DNA from: Octopus vulgaris
Taxonomy: Eukaryota
Length of the DNA stretch: 64,000 bases
Reading direction: 5' to 3'
Assembly (NCBI GenBank): GCA_951406725.2
Contig: OX597814.1
Coordinates: 102,176,001 to 102,240,000 of the forward strand
Under the pieces are notes generated by a model. It was given only the letters and a program-made list of their open reading frames with translations, had not been told where the DNA came from and made no database searches. The translations under genes and the position numbers were made by a program. This document shows positions 13,562 through 25,949 of the stretch, in pieces (the first letter of the stretch is position 1; the number at the start of each line of letters is the position of its first letter).

Positions 13562-13757
13562 TGTCCTTGTTTATCTCCTGCCACTGCCTGACAACTAATG
13601 TTGGTGTGTTTACGTCCCCATAACTTAGCAGTTCAGCAAATGATATCAAAAGAATAAATATCAGGTTTAAAAAAATAAGTACTGGGGTCAATTCATTTAA
13701 CTAAAAATTCTTCAAGGTGGTGCCCCAGTATGGCCACAGTCAAATGACTGAAACAAG
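12855..13757. mobile_element. Head-to-head pair of dominant-family SINEs (12855-13262 minus, 13358-13757 plus)
   Basis: Both arms match the 37834 consensus in opposite orientations. Confidence 0.85.
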
Positions 13758-13837
13758 ATACACACATATACATCATATAAACATCATAGTTATTCCTGGT
13801 CAACTCAACCAAATCTTAAAAAAACAGCCCTCCAAAT

Positions 13838-14290
13838 TATCAGAGGTAAACACTCGACATTCATTACCAGAGGGAAACAATTGGGAGCATCAGAGGAAAA
13901 CACTTGAAATTATACGAGATAGACACTCGAGGATATCAGGGGCAAGCGCTCGCGGCTGCCGGAGGCAAGCGCTCGCGGCTGCCGGAGACAAATGCTCGCA
14001 GTTACCGGAGGCAAACGCTCGCAGTTACCGGAGGCAAACGCTCACAGTTACCAGAGGTAAACGCTCACAGTTACCAGAGGTAAACGCTCGCGGTTACCAG
14101 AGGTAAACACTCGCGGTTACCAGAGGTAAACACTCGCGGTTACCAGAGGTAAACACTCGCGGTTACCAGAGGTAAACACTTGCGGTTATCAAAGGTAAAT
14201 ACTCACAGTTATCAGAGGTAAATACTCACAGTTATCAAAGGGAAACACTCACAGTTATCAAAGCTAAACACGGTTATCAAAGGTAAACAT
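13838..14290. repeat. 23-bp minisatellite (CAGAGGTAAACACTCGCGGTTAC), roughly 19 units
   Basis: Period of 23 counted at 14101/14124. Confidence 0.92.
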
Positions 14291-14308
14291 TCACTAAATC
14301 AAACTTAC

Positions 14309-14386
14309 GTTTTTCGCTTGTGCTCTTTCAATGAGAACATTCATTGCCTTCTGATGCTGAGGTTGAGTAATAGCTGGGACTCGATG
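14309..14386 (-). CDS. FPGS: FPGS exon 6 (HRVPAITQPQHQKAMNVLIERAQAKN)
   Basis: tag acceptor, gtaagt donor, 78 nt; VPA..Q...VL.ERA pattern expected after KAGIFK. Confidence 0.92.
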
Positions 14387-14927
14387 CTATAAGATGATTA
14401 AAAGAAATAAAATACAATCAACAATAAGTGTTACACAGTAAGAAACATAACATTACCCCTGGTACCTTTTCTCCCAATCATCTGCCATCCATTATGATAT
14501 TTTAGTTTGGATGCATGACCATGCTGTGTCTCCACAGCCAGATAACATTGTGGATCTTCTCTCTTTATTACAGATAGGGTTGGATTTTGGTTTTTGTGTA
14601 AGAGGATCTGCCACACTGAGAGGTTATATCTTTAATCTGAGATATTACTTGAGAAGTATTTCAAAAAGTTTGCTGTATTCAAAAATAATTAGCTACACCA
14701 TTGTAAACAAAAAAAAACAGACATCACATCAATATATCCTACATATACACATGAATAAACTACAAAAGTACATCCTAGTTATACACACACATATACATTA
14801 TAGTTATACATACAAACATAGATTTCATCACTGCATCCTAGTTACAGGCAGTTTAGGAAAAGGAAAAGTGTTGTGATGAGAGTTACGACGCCCCCTCCCC
14901 TGTGTTAGACAGACTGGTCCAAGTAAA

Positions 14928-16890
14928 ATCATCATCATTAAACGTCCGTTTTCCAATGGCAATGTTTCTACAGCTGGATGCCCTTCCTAACACCAACCAC
15001 TCCAAGAATGTAGTGGGTGCTTTTTACATGCCACCAGCAGAGGAGCCAGGCAGGCGGCCCTGGCACCAATTCTGTTCAAATAGTGCTTTTTACATGCAAC
15101 TGGCATGGGAACCAATCAGGGGGCATTAGCATTGACCACATTCAGATGGTGCTTTTTACATGCCACCAGCATGAGTGCCAGTCAGGTGGACCTGGCATCA
15201 ACTACATTCAGATGGTGCTTTTTACGTGCCACCAGCATTGAAGCCAATCAGAGGGCACTGGCATCAACCACGTTTGACTGGTACTTTTTACATGCCACCA
15301 ACACGAGAGCCAGTCAAGCAGACCTGACATCACCCATGCCTGGTTGGTGCTTTGAACTTGTTAAAGGCTATCTCCAAGTTCACAAAAGCCAAGTACAGAG
15401 GCTTATCTTTGTCTAGATATTTCTCCTGTGGTTGCCTTACCAGAAATATAGCATCAGTGGTGCTTGTGCCTGGCACAAAACCAAACTGCATCTCATCTAG
15501 GCTAACTCTCTCTCCCTAATTAGTTGGGCTATGACCCTCTCTGTAACGTTCATCACCTGATCCAATAATTTGATACCTCTGTAGTTATTTCTATCTAAAG
15601 CATCACCTTTACCTTTGTAGCAGTTGACTATGGTGCTGCTACATCAGTATGACTCCTTCATGAACTACCTGATTTACGATGTAGGTGATAAGACCATAAT
15701 CCACACCACCCAATATTTTAAGCATCTCGGTGGTGATTCCTGATGGGCCAGGTGCTTTTCCTGTCTTCATATCCTTAATTGCTTTATCTACCAGGGTACT
15801 GTCAATTAGGGTAACTGGTCTTCAATTGTGTCAACATTTGGCAGACTCTCCTCCTCCCATTCATTCTCCACATTCAGCAGTCTTTCATAAAGGCATCTCC
15901 AAGCCTCTTTCTTTGCAGAATCATTAAACGCAAGGCACCATCATCTATGTGGACATATTTCTCTCCTATAACATCACGATTTTCTCTCACACAGTCTTGC
16001 AATCCAAAACGCTTCAGTTCTTTGGTCCTCACATTGCTGAACATAGGCAAACTTCTTTTCTGCTTCTCCTTTGGCTAGATATACTTGTCTCCTAGTTTCT
16101 CTTCTGGCAATGTGATACAGTTCCCTGCAACCCCCTCCCTTCTAGGCTTTCCAGGTCTGTTTCTTTGCTCTAATGGTCCTGTCTACTGCATTGTTCCATC
16201 ACCACGTTACCCTAGGTCTGGAAAGGACTTTGCACCAGCCACAGGTTTGGTCTATGGCACACAGCAAACTGTCCCACAGGAATTTCCAGTTGCCCTCTAT
16301 ATCACAAGTCTGTAGCTCCTCCTCCATCTCATCAAATTTTTCAATTAAGATATCCCTAAATCTCTGACCATATGAAGGGTCTTTAAACTTCCAAATCCTT
16401 CTTTTCCAGATTGGTCTGCATCTTGGCATCTTTCTGGCCTGGAGTCTAAAATCTCTAATGACTAGTCTGTGCTGGGGAGTACATTCTTCACCAGGGAGGA
16501 TCTTTGTATTTAAGAGCAGCCATGCATCCTGCTGTCTGGTGAGAATGTAACCGATTTTGGCTAGCACAGTCACTTGATTAGTAAGTTATCAGATGGCTGG
16601 CTGACTTCTTGAAGTCGATGTTGCAGATCAGTTATTTGCATCACAGAACTCCAGCAGCCTTGTTCCCACTACATTTTGGGAACCAATTCCATGGCCCACA
16701 TGGTCACCATGGAAGATACCAGGCTGCTGTCCAACGTACCCATTGAAATACCCAGCCACAAACAGGAGATCATTGTCACTCATCTTTGATGTAGCCTGCA
16801 GAAGAATATTATAAAAATAGTCCTTCTGTTCAATTTGTAGGCCTGCTTGTGAGGTATAGGCAGAGATAATTGTCGCTATATTATTCTGAT
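14928..16890 (-). mobile_element. Internally deleted RTE-type LINE (endonuclease/RT fragments, tandem-repeat 3' UTR, (GAT)n tail)
   Basis: ORF 16199-16573 GEECTPQHRLVIRDF; KAPGPSGITTEML near 15720-15770; repeat array 15010-15350; tail at 14928. Confidence 0.85.
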
Positions 16891-17037
16891 GATTGAGTTG
16901 CTTGAGGGTGATTCTGTCTCTTAAGCCTATCTATTTATATGTATATAATACAGTGAGTAATTCATTTTAGTACCACTAAATTGAACTTCTCTCCCCTGTG
17001 GACTCGGAAATAACTTCCCTTACCTTAATATTTTATA

Positions 17038-17341
17038 CTAGCAATATTGCCCGGTGTTGCTCGGGTTTGTAAGGGAAATAACTATATAAGCATTTTTAGA
17101 GAGTTACTTCCCTTATATAACCCGAGGAAAAAATCATTAAAAATGCGGAAAAATGATGGTAAATTTTATTTTAAATCGTAGACTCATCGTAGATGCGCGC
17201 TAATACCCAGAAGGGCTCAATGTGAATCACGACTATAAGATACCCGCTTTTGGTTAAACTGCACCGCAAATTGTGGGAGTAGTTAGGAATCTAAATCGGA
17301 GTAGACAGACACACACACAACTTTAGTTTTATATATAAAGA
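17038..17341 (-). mobile_element. Non-autonomous Helitron
   Basis: Minus strand: A|TC start, subterminal hairpin CCCG..CGGG, CTAG|T end, no TSD. Confidence 0.8.
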
Positions 17342-17559
17342 TATATACACACACACACAAAGGATTTCTTTCACTTTCTATCCACCAAATCCACTCACAA
17401 GGCTTTGCTCTACTCAGGGCTATAGTTAAAGGTACTTGCCCAAGGCGCCACACAGTGGGACTAAACTCAGAACCATACCATATGATTGAGCAACAATCTT
17501 CTTAGCACAGAGCCACATCTGAAAAAATACTTCCTAACCACACAGCTATACACACACAA

Positions 17560-17599
<40 letters not shown>

Positions 17600-17684
17600 C
17601 ATGCTTGTGTTCTAGTTATACATGCACATTGTATCCTTGTATCAAAATTAAAAAAGATTTTAAAAGACAGTCAGCTTGATATAC

Positions 17685-17930
17685 CTTGAAAATTCCTGCT
17701 TTCTGCCAAGCAATCTCATCAAGAGTTGATCCCAAAATGTGTTCATGATCATAATCCAGTAGAGAGATGCCACACACCACAGCTGTGTTTATGAAATTTG
17801 TACAGTCATACTGGCCACCAATACCAACTTCCAATATAGCAACATCAACTGGTTCTTTCAGGAATACATATAATGCCATTAAAGTCAGAAATTGAAAATA
17901 ATGAGGCATATCACTGATTGCTCCGTTTTT
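17685..17930 (-). CDS. FPGS: FPGS exon 5 (KNGAISDMPHYFQFLTLMA...LEVGIGGQYDCTN...DHEHILGSTLDEIAWQKAGIFK)
   Basis: EVGIGGxYDxTN, DH and KAGIFK FolC/FPGS motifs; tag acceptor, gtatat donor; 246 nt, phase 0/0. Confidence 0.98.
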
Positions 17931-17989
17931 CTATGGGAAACAGAAATATATATAAGAAGCTTTATTTGGAACATGCATGATAGTTAGAT

Positions 17990-19020
17990 GGATAGATAGA
18001 GAGAGAAGACAGAGTGAGAGAAGGAAGGAGGACAAAATGAGAGGGAGTGTGAGGACAAAGTAAGAGAGAGGGAGTACAAAATGAGAGAAGGAGAATAAGG
18101 TGAGAGAGCAAGAAGACAAAGTGAGTGAGAGAGCGAGAAGACAAAGTGAGAGAGAGAGAGCAAGAAGACAAAGTAAGAGAGAGAGAGAGCGAGAAGACAA
18201 AGTGAGAGAGAGAAAACAAAGTGAGAGAGAGAGAAAATAAAGTGAGAGAGAGAGAAGATAAAATGAGAGAGAGAGAAGACAAAGTGAGAGAGAGAGAAGA
18301 CAAAGTGATAGAGAGAGCGAGAAGACAAAGTGATAGAGAGAGCGAGAAGACAAAGTGAGAGAAAGAGCAAGAAGATAAAGTCAGAGAAAGAGCGAGAAGA
18401 TAAAGTGAGAGAGAGCGAGAAGACAAAATGAGAGAGAGAGCAAGAAGACAAAGTGAGAGAGAGAGAGAAGACAAAGTGAGAGAGAGAAAGAAGACAAAGT
18501 GAGAGAAAGAGAGAAGACAAAGTGAGAAAGAGAGAGAGAAGACAAAGTGAGAGTGAGAAGACAAAGTGAGAGAGAGAAGACAAAGTGAGAGAGAGAAGAC
18601 AAAGTGAGAGTGAGAAGACAAAGTGAGAGAGAGAAGACAAAGTGAGAGAGAGAAGACAAAGTGAGAGTGAGAAGACAAAGTGAGAAAGAGCAAGAAGACA
18701 AAGTGAGAGAAAGAGTGAGAAGACAAAGTGAGAGAAAGAGCGAGAAGATAAAGTGAGAGAGAGCGAGAAGACAAAGTGAGAGAGAGAGCGAGAAGACAAA
18801 GTGAGAGAGAGAGAGAAGACAAAGTGAAAGAGAGAAAGAAGACAAAGTGAGAGAGAGAGAGAGAGAAGACAAAGTGAGAGAGAGAGAGAAGACAAAGTGA
18901 GAAAGAGCAAGAAGACAAAGTGAGAGAAAGAGCAAGAAGATAAAGTGAGAAAGAGCGAGAAGACAAAGTGAGAGAGAGAGAGAGAGAAGACAAAGTGAGA
19001 GAGAGAGAAGACAAAGTGAA
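17990..19020. repeat. About 1-kb purine-rich compound repeat [GAAGACAAAGT(GA)n]
   Basis: Seen directly; it generates the spurious Ser/Leu ORFs. Confidence 0.95.
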
Positions 19021-21204
19021 GCAAAGGCAGTATATGTTAACAGAAATATGGTAAAAAGAAAGTTAAATAATCCTTTCTGCTACAGGAACAAGGCCTGAAA
19101 TCTTGGGGAATGAAGTTGATTATATCAACCATAGTGCTCAACTGGTACTTACTCTATTGCTCCCAAAAGGATGAAGAGAAAAGCTAAGCTCAGCAACATT
19201 TGCACACAGGACATAAAAACGGTGTGATAACTATCTTATCAGTGCACTACCTTAATTATCATCATCATCATCATCATTGTTTAATGTCCGTTTTCCATGC
19301 TAGCATGGGTTAGATGGTTTGACTGAGATCTGGGAAGCCAAGAGGCTGCACCAGGCTCCAGTCTGATCTGGCAGTGTTTCTACAGCTGGATGCTCTTCCT
19401 AATGTCAACCACTCCATGAATGTAGTGGGTGCTTTTTACGTGCCACCAGCACAGGTGCCAGGGGAGGCTGGCAACGGCTACAATCGGTTGGTGCTTTTTA
19501 CATGCCACCAGCACGGAAGCCAGTCAAGGCAGCGCTGGCATCAGCCACATTCGGATGGTGCTTTTTACGTGCCACCAGCTAAAAATAATAATCATAAGAA
19601 TAATCATAATGATAATCCTTTCCACTATGAGCACAAGGCATGAAATTTTGGGGGAGTCAATTACTTATTTCACTGACCCCAAAAGCATGAACAGTAAAGT
19701 TGAACTTAGACTGTAAAGACAGAAGATATACTGCTAAGCATTTTGCCCAGCAGGCTAACAATTCTGCCAGCTCACCGCTTTAATAATTATAATGATAATA
19801 GTAATAATCTTTTCTACTATAGGTACAAGGTCTTAAATTTTGGGGAAAGGGGCTAGTTGATTACATCGACCCCCCCCAATATTCAACTGTTACTTATTTC
19901 ATCGACTCCAAAAGGATGAAATGCAAAGTCAACCTTGGTGGCATTTGGACTCAGAACTTAAAGAGGGATGAAATGCCACTCAACATTTCACCCAGCATGC
20001 TAATGATTCTGCCAGCTTGCCGCCTTAATAACTATGATGATAATAATAATGATTGTTTCTACTATAGGTACAAGGCCTTCAATTTGGTGGAAGAGAGATA
20101 CTTGATTACACTGACCCCAATGCTTAACTGATACCTATTCCATTGTCCCTGAAATGATGAAAGGCAAAGTTAACTTCAGTAGAATCTGAACTCAGAATGT
20201 AAAACTAGAAAAAATGTCACTAAGTATTTTGAGTGGTGGACTAAAGATTCTACAGCATCATCACCACTACCACCACCACTAGTAACAGCAACAGCCGTTC
20301 AAGAATTTGGACCTGGAGATCTCCATTTCCAGCGACTTCAAGGGCCAGCTCCCAGTGGTGTCGGGCATCAACGAAGAGCCCTCGACTACAAGACGACCAA
20401 AGTTTTTTTTTCCCAAGGTCTGGGGTCTCCCGCCCCTAAACCCTAGACCATCACCTAATCACCCTTACCCATCTTGTTGCTTAACAACAACAACAACAAC
20501 AGCAACAAGTGCTTCTACAATGCTTTAAATTTGGTGGGGATGGGGAATGATCAAGCAAACTGACAAGAGTACTTAACTGGAAAAATAAAATTCTAATCAA
20601 GTACTGGAACTGATTTAATTAATTAATTCCCATTCCTGCAAATTTCAGGCTTTCATCATATGCTAGAAACAAATATTATTTCTAATCTTAGATATACAGG
20701 TATGGCTGTGTGGTAAGAAGTCTGCTTCCCAACATAGTTTCACATAGTTTCAGGTTCAGCCCCACTGCATGGCACAAGGGAAAGTGTTTTCCACTATTGC
20801 CCTGGGGGTCAACAAAAGCCTTGTGTTGATCCCCCACTACCAACTGACAACCAGTGTTGGTTTGTTTGCATCCCTATTACTTAGTGGTTCAGCAAGAGAG
20901 ACCAATAGAGTAAGTACCAGACTTTAAAAAATAAGTACTGGGGTCAATTTTTCAATGTCCACCCTTCAGGGTAGCACACCAGCACAGCTGCAGTACAATG
21001 ACTTGACACAGGTAAAAGAGAAGAGATAAAAAAAAAAAAGATACAATATTCCAAGAGCAAGGCAAAATAGTCATAACTGGAATGCCTTTGACCATAGGTT
21101 TGCTCAATCAGGACAAGCTAATGAGGACAGAATCCTAAACAACTTCAACTGCAGTTATGAGGGTTGATATATCAGGATATTATACGAAAGTAAAAGCAAA
21201 TCAC

Positions 21205-21319
21205 CATTGACTCAAGTAGGCGGTCATAGACTTCAAAGAAATATCTGGAAAAAGTTGACTCTGAAAGATGGCGGCCATTAATTTGTATCCTTTCTCTTAA
21301 ATCAACCAAGTGCGGTGAA
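21205..21319 (-). CDS. FPGS: FPGS exon 4 (CSPHLVDLRERIQINGRHLSESTFSRYFFEVYDRLLESM)
   Basis: SPHL..RERI.ING motif; cag/gtgatt boundaries; 115 nt restores phase 0. Confidence 0.97.
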
Positions 21320-22299
21320 CTGAATTATCCAAAAGAGAAATGATTAAATAAATAACAGAGGTTATCATCTCAGAAGTAAAACATGTCAAAACTTGGATGA
21401 AAGTTAAACAATTAAATTCACATGAAAATTACTTAACACATCAATAAATGTTATGATTTTTTTTATATTGGGAGAAAAGGGGATCGCTAACACAATCTGA
21501 TATATAGTCTTTCTCTCTCTGTTTCACATGATCACACACATTGGCATAAATTTTGACAACAAAGATAAATAAAGGTATATTAAATACTATACAAAATAAG
21601 TTCTTGATTTTCTTCACTTTGAGAGGAGATCGACAAATGTCTGGTGGTAATTGTAACCAACTCCAAATGAGAAGGGGAAATAATCTGATGGATCAAAATT
21701 TCACCAGAATTGCTATGGTATCAGAGAAAAAACATCCATGTTTTTTGTTGCTATTTAGTTTTGTTCTTTTCTTCATCTGGAGACAAAAGAACAGCTGAGA
21801 CGCACATTTCTACCTCAACAGGTATCATTAATATAGCAACTGTCATATCTTGACTCCATAAGACTAGTCAGAGAACATTTATGATCAAGTATAATCTACA
21901 TAAGTAAAACAAAAATTGAGCTCAAGCAATTACAGTATAAAAAACACACATGATGGCCTTTAAAACATATATACATAATTATGTGCACTTTCATTTTGTA
22001 AATGAATCGCTGTCAGTTTCAATATACCAATTGTTGTTTTACTGAAGCATATATGTGGCTGAGTATCTCACAGACATGTATGGTTGACATAATCTTCAAG
22101 CAGTATCAGTGTGACAGAGTATGGCAACATTGTGCTTTTGAGGTACAAGTGTCCAGTTACCCAGTTTCAATCATAAGGCTTGGTGATGCTATACAGTGAG
22201 ATTGAAAACAGGGACCTCATAAAGGCAAAGTGAACTTATTAATCCAACAGCCATGCTACCATATAAAAGCACACACAAATATATATATATATATATAAA

Positions 22300-22735
22300 T
22301 TAATAATAAATATTAGGGAATAAATCAGATTTAGGATTGAATCCAATTTTATAGTAAAATATTATATTATATTAAATTAGAGATAAAACCACTATTAGGC
22401 AAATCATACAATGAAAAACTTAAGCCAATACATACGATTATTTAATTTATATTATTTAAATATATAACAGAATTATTAAAAAAATATAATTAATATAACA
22501 CTACAATCGTTTCATGGCTGTTAATTTCTTTAAATTTTCGAGTTAGTCATTCATCAGGTGGTTTAAATATTTAACTTGGTGAAAACAGCCATTAAACGAT
22601 CGTAGTGTTATATTAATTATATTTTTTTTTAATAATTTTGTTATATATTTAAATAATATAAATTAAATAATCTTATGTATTGGCTTAAGTTTTTCATTGT
22701 ATGATTTGCCTAATAGTGGTTTTATCTCTAATTTA

Positions 22736-22740
<5 letters not shown>
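22300..22740. mobile_element. Inverted-repeat Penelope-like remnant between (TA)n tracts
   Basis: About 150-bp inverted arms (22368-22521 and 22584-22740), hammerhead core, longer left arm, (TA)n on both sides. Confidence 0.65.
22499..22561 (-). ncRNA. Candidate minimal type I hammerhead ribozyme in a palindromic Penelope-like remnant
   Basis: CAC-CUGAUGA-AUGACU...AGCCAU-GAAA-C-GAUU-G-UA-GUG. The opposite arm shows the palindromic loop ACGAUCGU. Confidence 0.6.
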
Positions 22741-22783
<43 letters not shown>

Positions 22784-23486
22784 CAAGTAGAAGGTTAAAT
22801 TTTTCAACAAGTAAATGCTGACAGAACAGAATATATAGAATAAAATCCCTTTAGAGCAAAACAATTTGTCAGCAACCAACCATGACGTAATATATTTTAA
22901 TTATATATTAATTATATTAATGTTTTTGTCTTTATGTTAAATTATAATAAAGACAATTTTGCATTAAACTAAAGGATCACTCAATACTTTTTGTAGAGTA
23001 TATTTTTATTATTCTTCAACAAGAATACTATTGATCATGACTTCGAAGTTTCAATTTGCTTAGCCTTCATTGGATTGTTGAATGCTAAGCAGTTTTTAAA
23101 TTAATTTGAGTGAATCTAATTTAATTTGATTATGTATCACAATCATGTAATTATATATCTGGTACTATCTATCTTAATGAAACAGCTGTTGAGCACAATT
23201 AAAGCATGAACTATATTGGAAATTTATGCTTTTTGCTAAATATGATGCTCTTAAAAGACCGTTTTGGCCAGTTATGTATTTACATGCAAGTCAGTCCTTG
23301 TAATAACCTATCAAAATTTAACTGAGCTCTTAAATAATCCCTCATCTCTTAAATATAGAAGCATATACATTTATTTGTATAACACCTCTTTATAAAATCG
23401 GACCAATGCTATAGGACATTAATCTTACTGACAAAATAATAACCCTGTTCAGATCACACAAAGTTGCTTTAATGTAAAGAGGTTAC

Positions 23487-23605
23487 CAGAACATTCCAGT
23501 CTTGTATCCACAGTTCCGCAAGATACTCTCTGTGTAAGCACATGTTGAACCCTTTCCTTTTGTGCCAGCAATATGGACCACAGACAGCTGATCTAACTTT
23601 TCCAT
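23487..23605 (-). CDS. FPGS: FPGS exon 3 ([39 protein letters not shown]), P-loop
   Basis: [11 protein letters not shown] Mur-ligase/FolC P-loop; ttttag acceptor, gtaacc donor; 119 nt, ends in phase 2. Confidence 0.97.
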
Positions 23606-23701
23606 CTAAAAACAAAACAAAGAATAAGCAAAGATTACATAAGATTATATTATGAATATATATTAGAGTGTTTGGAAAGTAATTGTGTTTTATCAAAAAA
23701 G

Positions 23702-24108
23702 GGATCTTTTCGGTTTGAACGGCAGTTTTTTAACATAATTTCTAGGTAACTAAAAAATTTTAAACTTCGTATACTGGTAGAATGTGTTTATAAAACATCT
23801 TTTTCTCTTGGCTTTATTGAGAAAATTCTATAGTTTGTAAGATATTTCTTGTTTTTTTCTTCAATTTCTGCAATTTCAACCAATCAATTACATCCATTAA
23901 GGTAAAAAAAACATTCTGTGCTGTATGAATATGTCCCTCGTTTAAGAAACAGATTGGGTTTATTTACATTTGTGAAGAAAAAAAGATACCCTTCCCCCCA
24001 CCCCTAAAACAGATTGAAATGCAATAGATCGATACTAGGGTCATAATTATGGGTGACAATTTCATATGACACCACTAGAAAAAACTGCCATTCAAACCGA
24101 AAAGATCC
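23702..24108. mobile_element. MITE with about 30-bp GG-starting TIRs and 8-bp TSD (Merlin-like)
   Basis: TIR GGATCTTTTCGGTTTGAACGGCAGTTTTT; TSD CAAAAAAG/CCAAAAAG. Confidence 0.8.
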
Positions 24109-24189
24109 CCAAAAAGATATAAAAATGAATGTAAACTACATTTATCTGAATAGTTTTAATCAAGAACATAATCACTATCGATTTCAACA

Positions 24190-25290
24190 ACTGCAACCCA
24201 ATGGGAAAGTACCTTTTTTATTCCACATTCAAAGAAACCTATTTCGTTTCCTGAAAAAATTTTGAAAGACTGTCTTTAACTTCCTCTCTGTTTCAAAATG
24301 CTTTGCCTCTTATAAAATGTTCTAGTGATCAGAACAGATGGAAATCCATAGGTGCTAAGTCAGGTGAGTATGGAGGATGTGGCAGAACTTCCCATCCTAA
24401 TGATCTTAGTCTTTCTTGAGTTTGTTTCAAAGAGTGTGGCCATACATTGTCATACTGGAGAATAACACTTTTTCTGTTTACCAAAGCTGGCCACTTCTGA
24501 CATAATTTTTCATTTACACAATAAAGTTGTTGGCTATAGATATCTGCATTGTTGACCCTTCTATGTTCCAGTAGCTCATAATGGATGGTATCTTTCATGT
24601 TCCACAAAACATAGAATGAGGATTTTTGTAGATGGAGTTCTGGTTTTGGTGTTGGCATTGACCATTCATTACATGATAATCAGTGTCTTTTTAATTTTCT
24701 TTTGTGATGCAAAACCCATTTTTTCATCACCTGTAACAATGCCCAGTAGAAATGACAGGTTGTTATTCCTGGTTAGAAGACTGCTGCAGATGATGACATA
24801 TTGTGTTCAATTCTGAAGCATAAGCTCATGTGGAACCAAATTCCCTTTTTGCAGGTTTTCCCAATGTTTGAGGTGTTCATGGATAGCTGAACATGACATA
24901 TTAAATTTTTGTGCCAAATCTGTGGTGCTTTGATGTGGATCTTCCAGAGGGAAGCTTGTCGGATATGTCACAATCACCATCTTTAAACTTCTTAAATCAT
25001 AGCAAACAGGTACAAGCTTTCACTGCATCCAAATACACTTCACAAATGTCTTTCATTGCTTCTATAGCAGTACTTATATAGTAAGCAATGGTGAATATGT
25101 TGCTTCATAAACTTCTTATTTTCCATGGGATTAATTACCAAAACAACTACAAATGACACACTACCGAACAGAAGAGATGATATACTATTTCTAAAAGAGC
25201 CCTCCCATCCAACTTTGACTCTGATGTAATTAGTTGATTGCACTTGACCATAAATGTTCACTGACTAATCTTATGGAGTGAAAATTTTGT
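24190..25290 (-). mobile_element. Decayed mariner (DD34D) transposase
   Basis: IVTGDEK near 24720-24740, ILQYDNVWPH, VLPHPPYSPDLAPMDFHLF; stops and frameshifts. Boundaries approximate. Confidence 0.9.
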
Positions 25291-25332
25291 CTTTCCAGAC
25301 AAATAACTGTTTATTATATATGTATATATATG

Positions 25333-25378
<46 letters not shown>

Positions 25379-25918
25379 CATACACACAAATACATATATA
25401 CATACACATAATATATCAGCTAATACCTGTTTAATATTCATATTGATCAATTGAAAGTCAGAGACTGAAATGGAGTAATAGTCCCTGAAGAGTATAGTTT
25501 GAGGTGGATCTGAAATTAACTATTAGTTAGGAGCAGCATCAATTTTATACTCGGTATTCTTGGAAGCAAATGTCTTTTATAATTAAGTTGCCAAACCACC
25601 TTTCAAGACACATTTCTCAAATGTCAAAAGATCACTCAGTTGTGTCTCATAATTGGGTTGTTGCATGCATAAAAGAACACTCGAAAGTCACCTCATCACC
25701 AAACAGGAATTATTTGTCAACACAATATCTGCAAGATGACCATTAAGAAAGCAAAAGATGCCTTCATGCAATTGCACATCTTGCAAGCTCACAAATTACT
25801 CCAAACTGCAACTAAGCTTCCTGGTCTCCTGCCAACTTTGAAGAATTTTGACTTGCAACCACTTCTTGATAAACATGGTTCCATAAAGTAGCTTACTTGC
25901 AAATAAAGCCTCCCCCTC

Positions 25919-25949
<31 letters not shown>

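Noticed and set aside
15010-15350. CRISPR-like repeat/spacer pattern
   Set aside because: The spacers are homologous to each other, there are no cas genes, the context is eukaryotic, and it is a LINE 3'-UTR tandem repeat.
17931-19024. Long Ser/Leu-rich ORFs (up to 350 aa)
   Set aside because: Open in all minus frames because the repeat lacks stop codons.
23469-23696. ORF-track protein over FPGS exon 3
   Set aside because: Wrong frame; the P-loop is in another frame bounded by splice sites.
24329-24658. Domesticated SETMAR-like gene
   Set aside because: Multiple stops and frameshifts and no SET domain; an ordinary mariner fossil.
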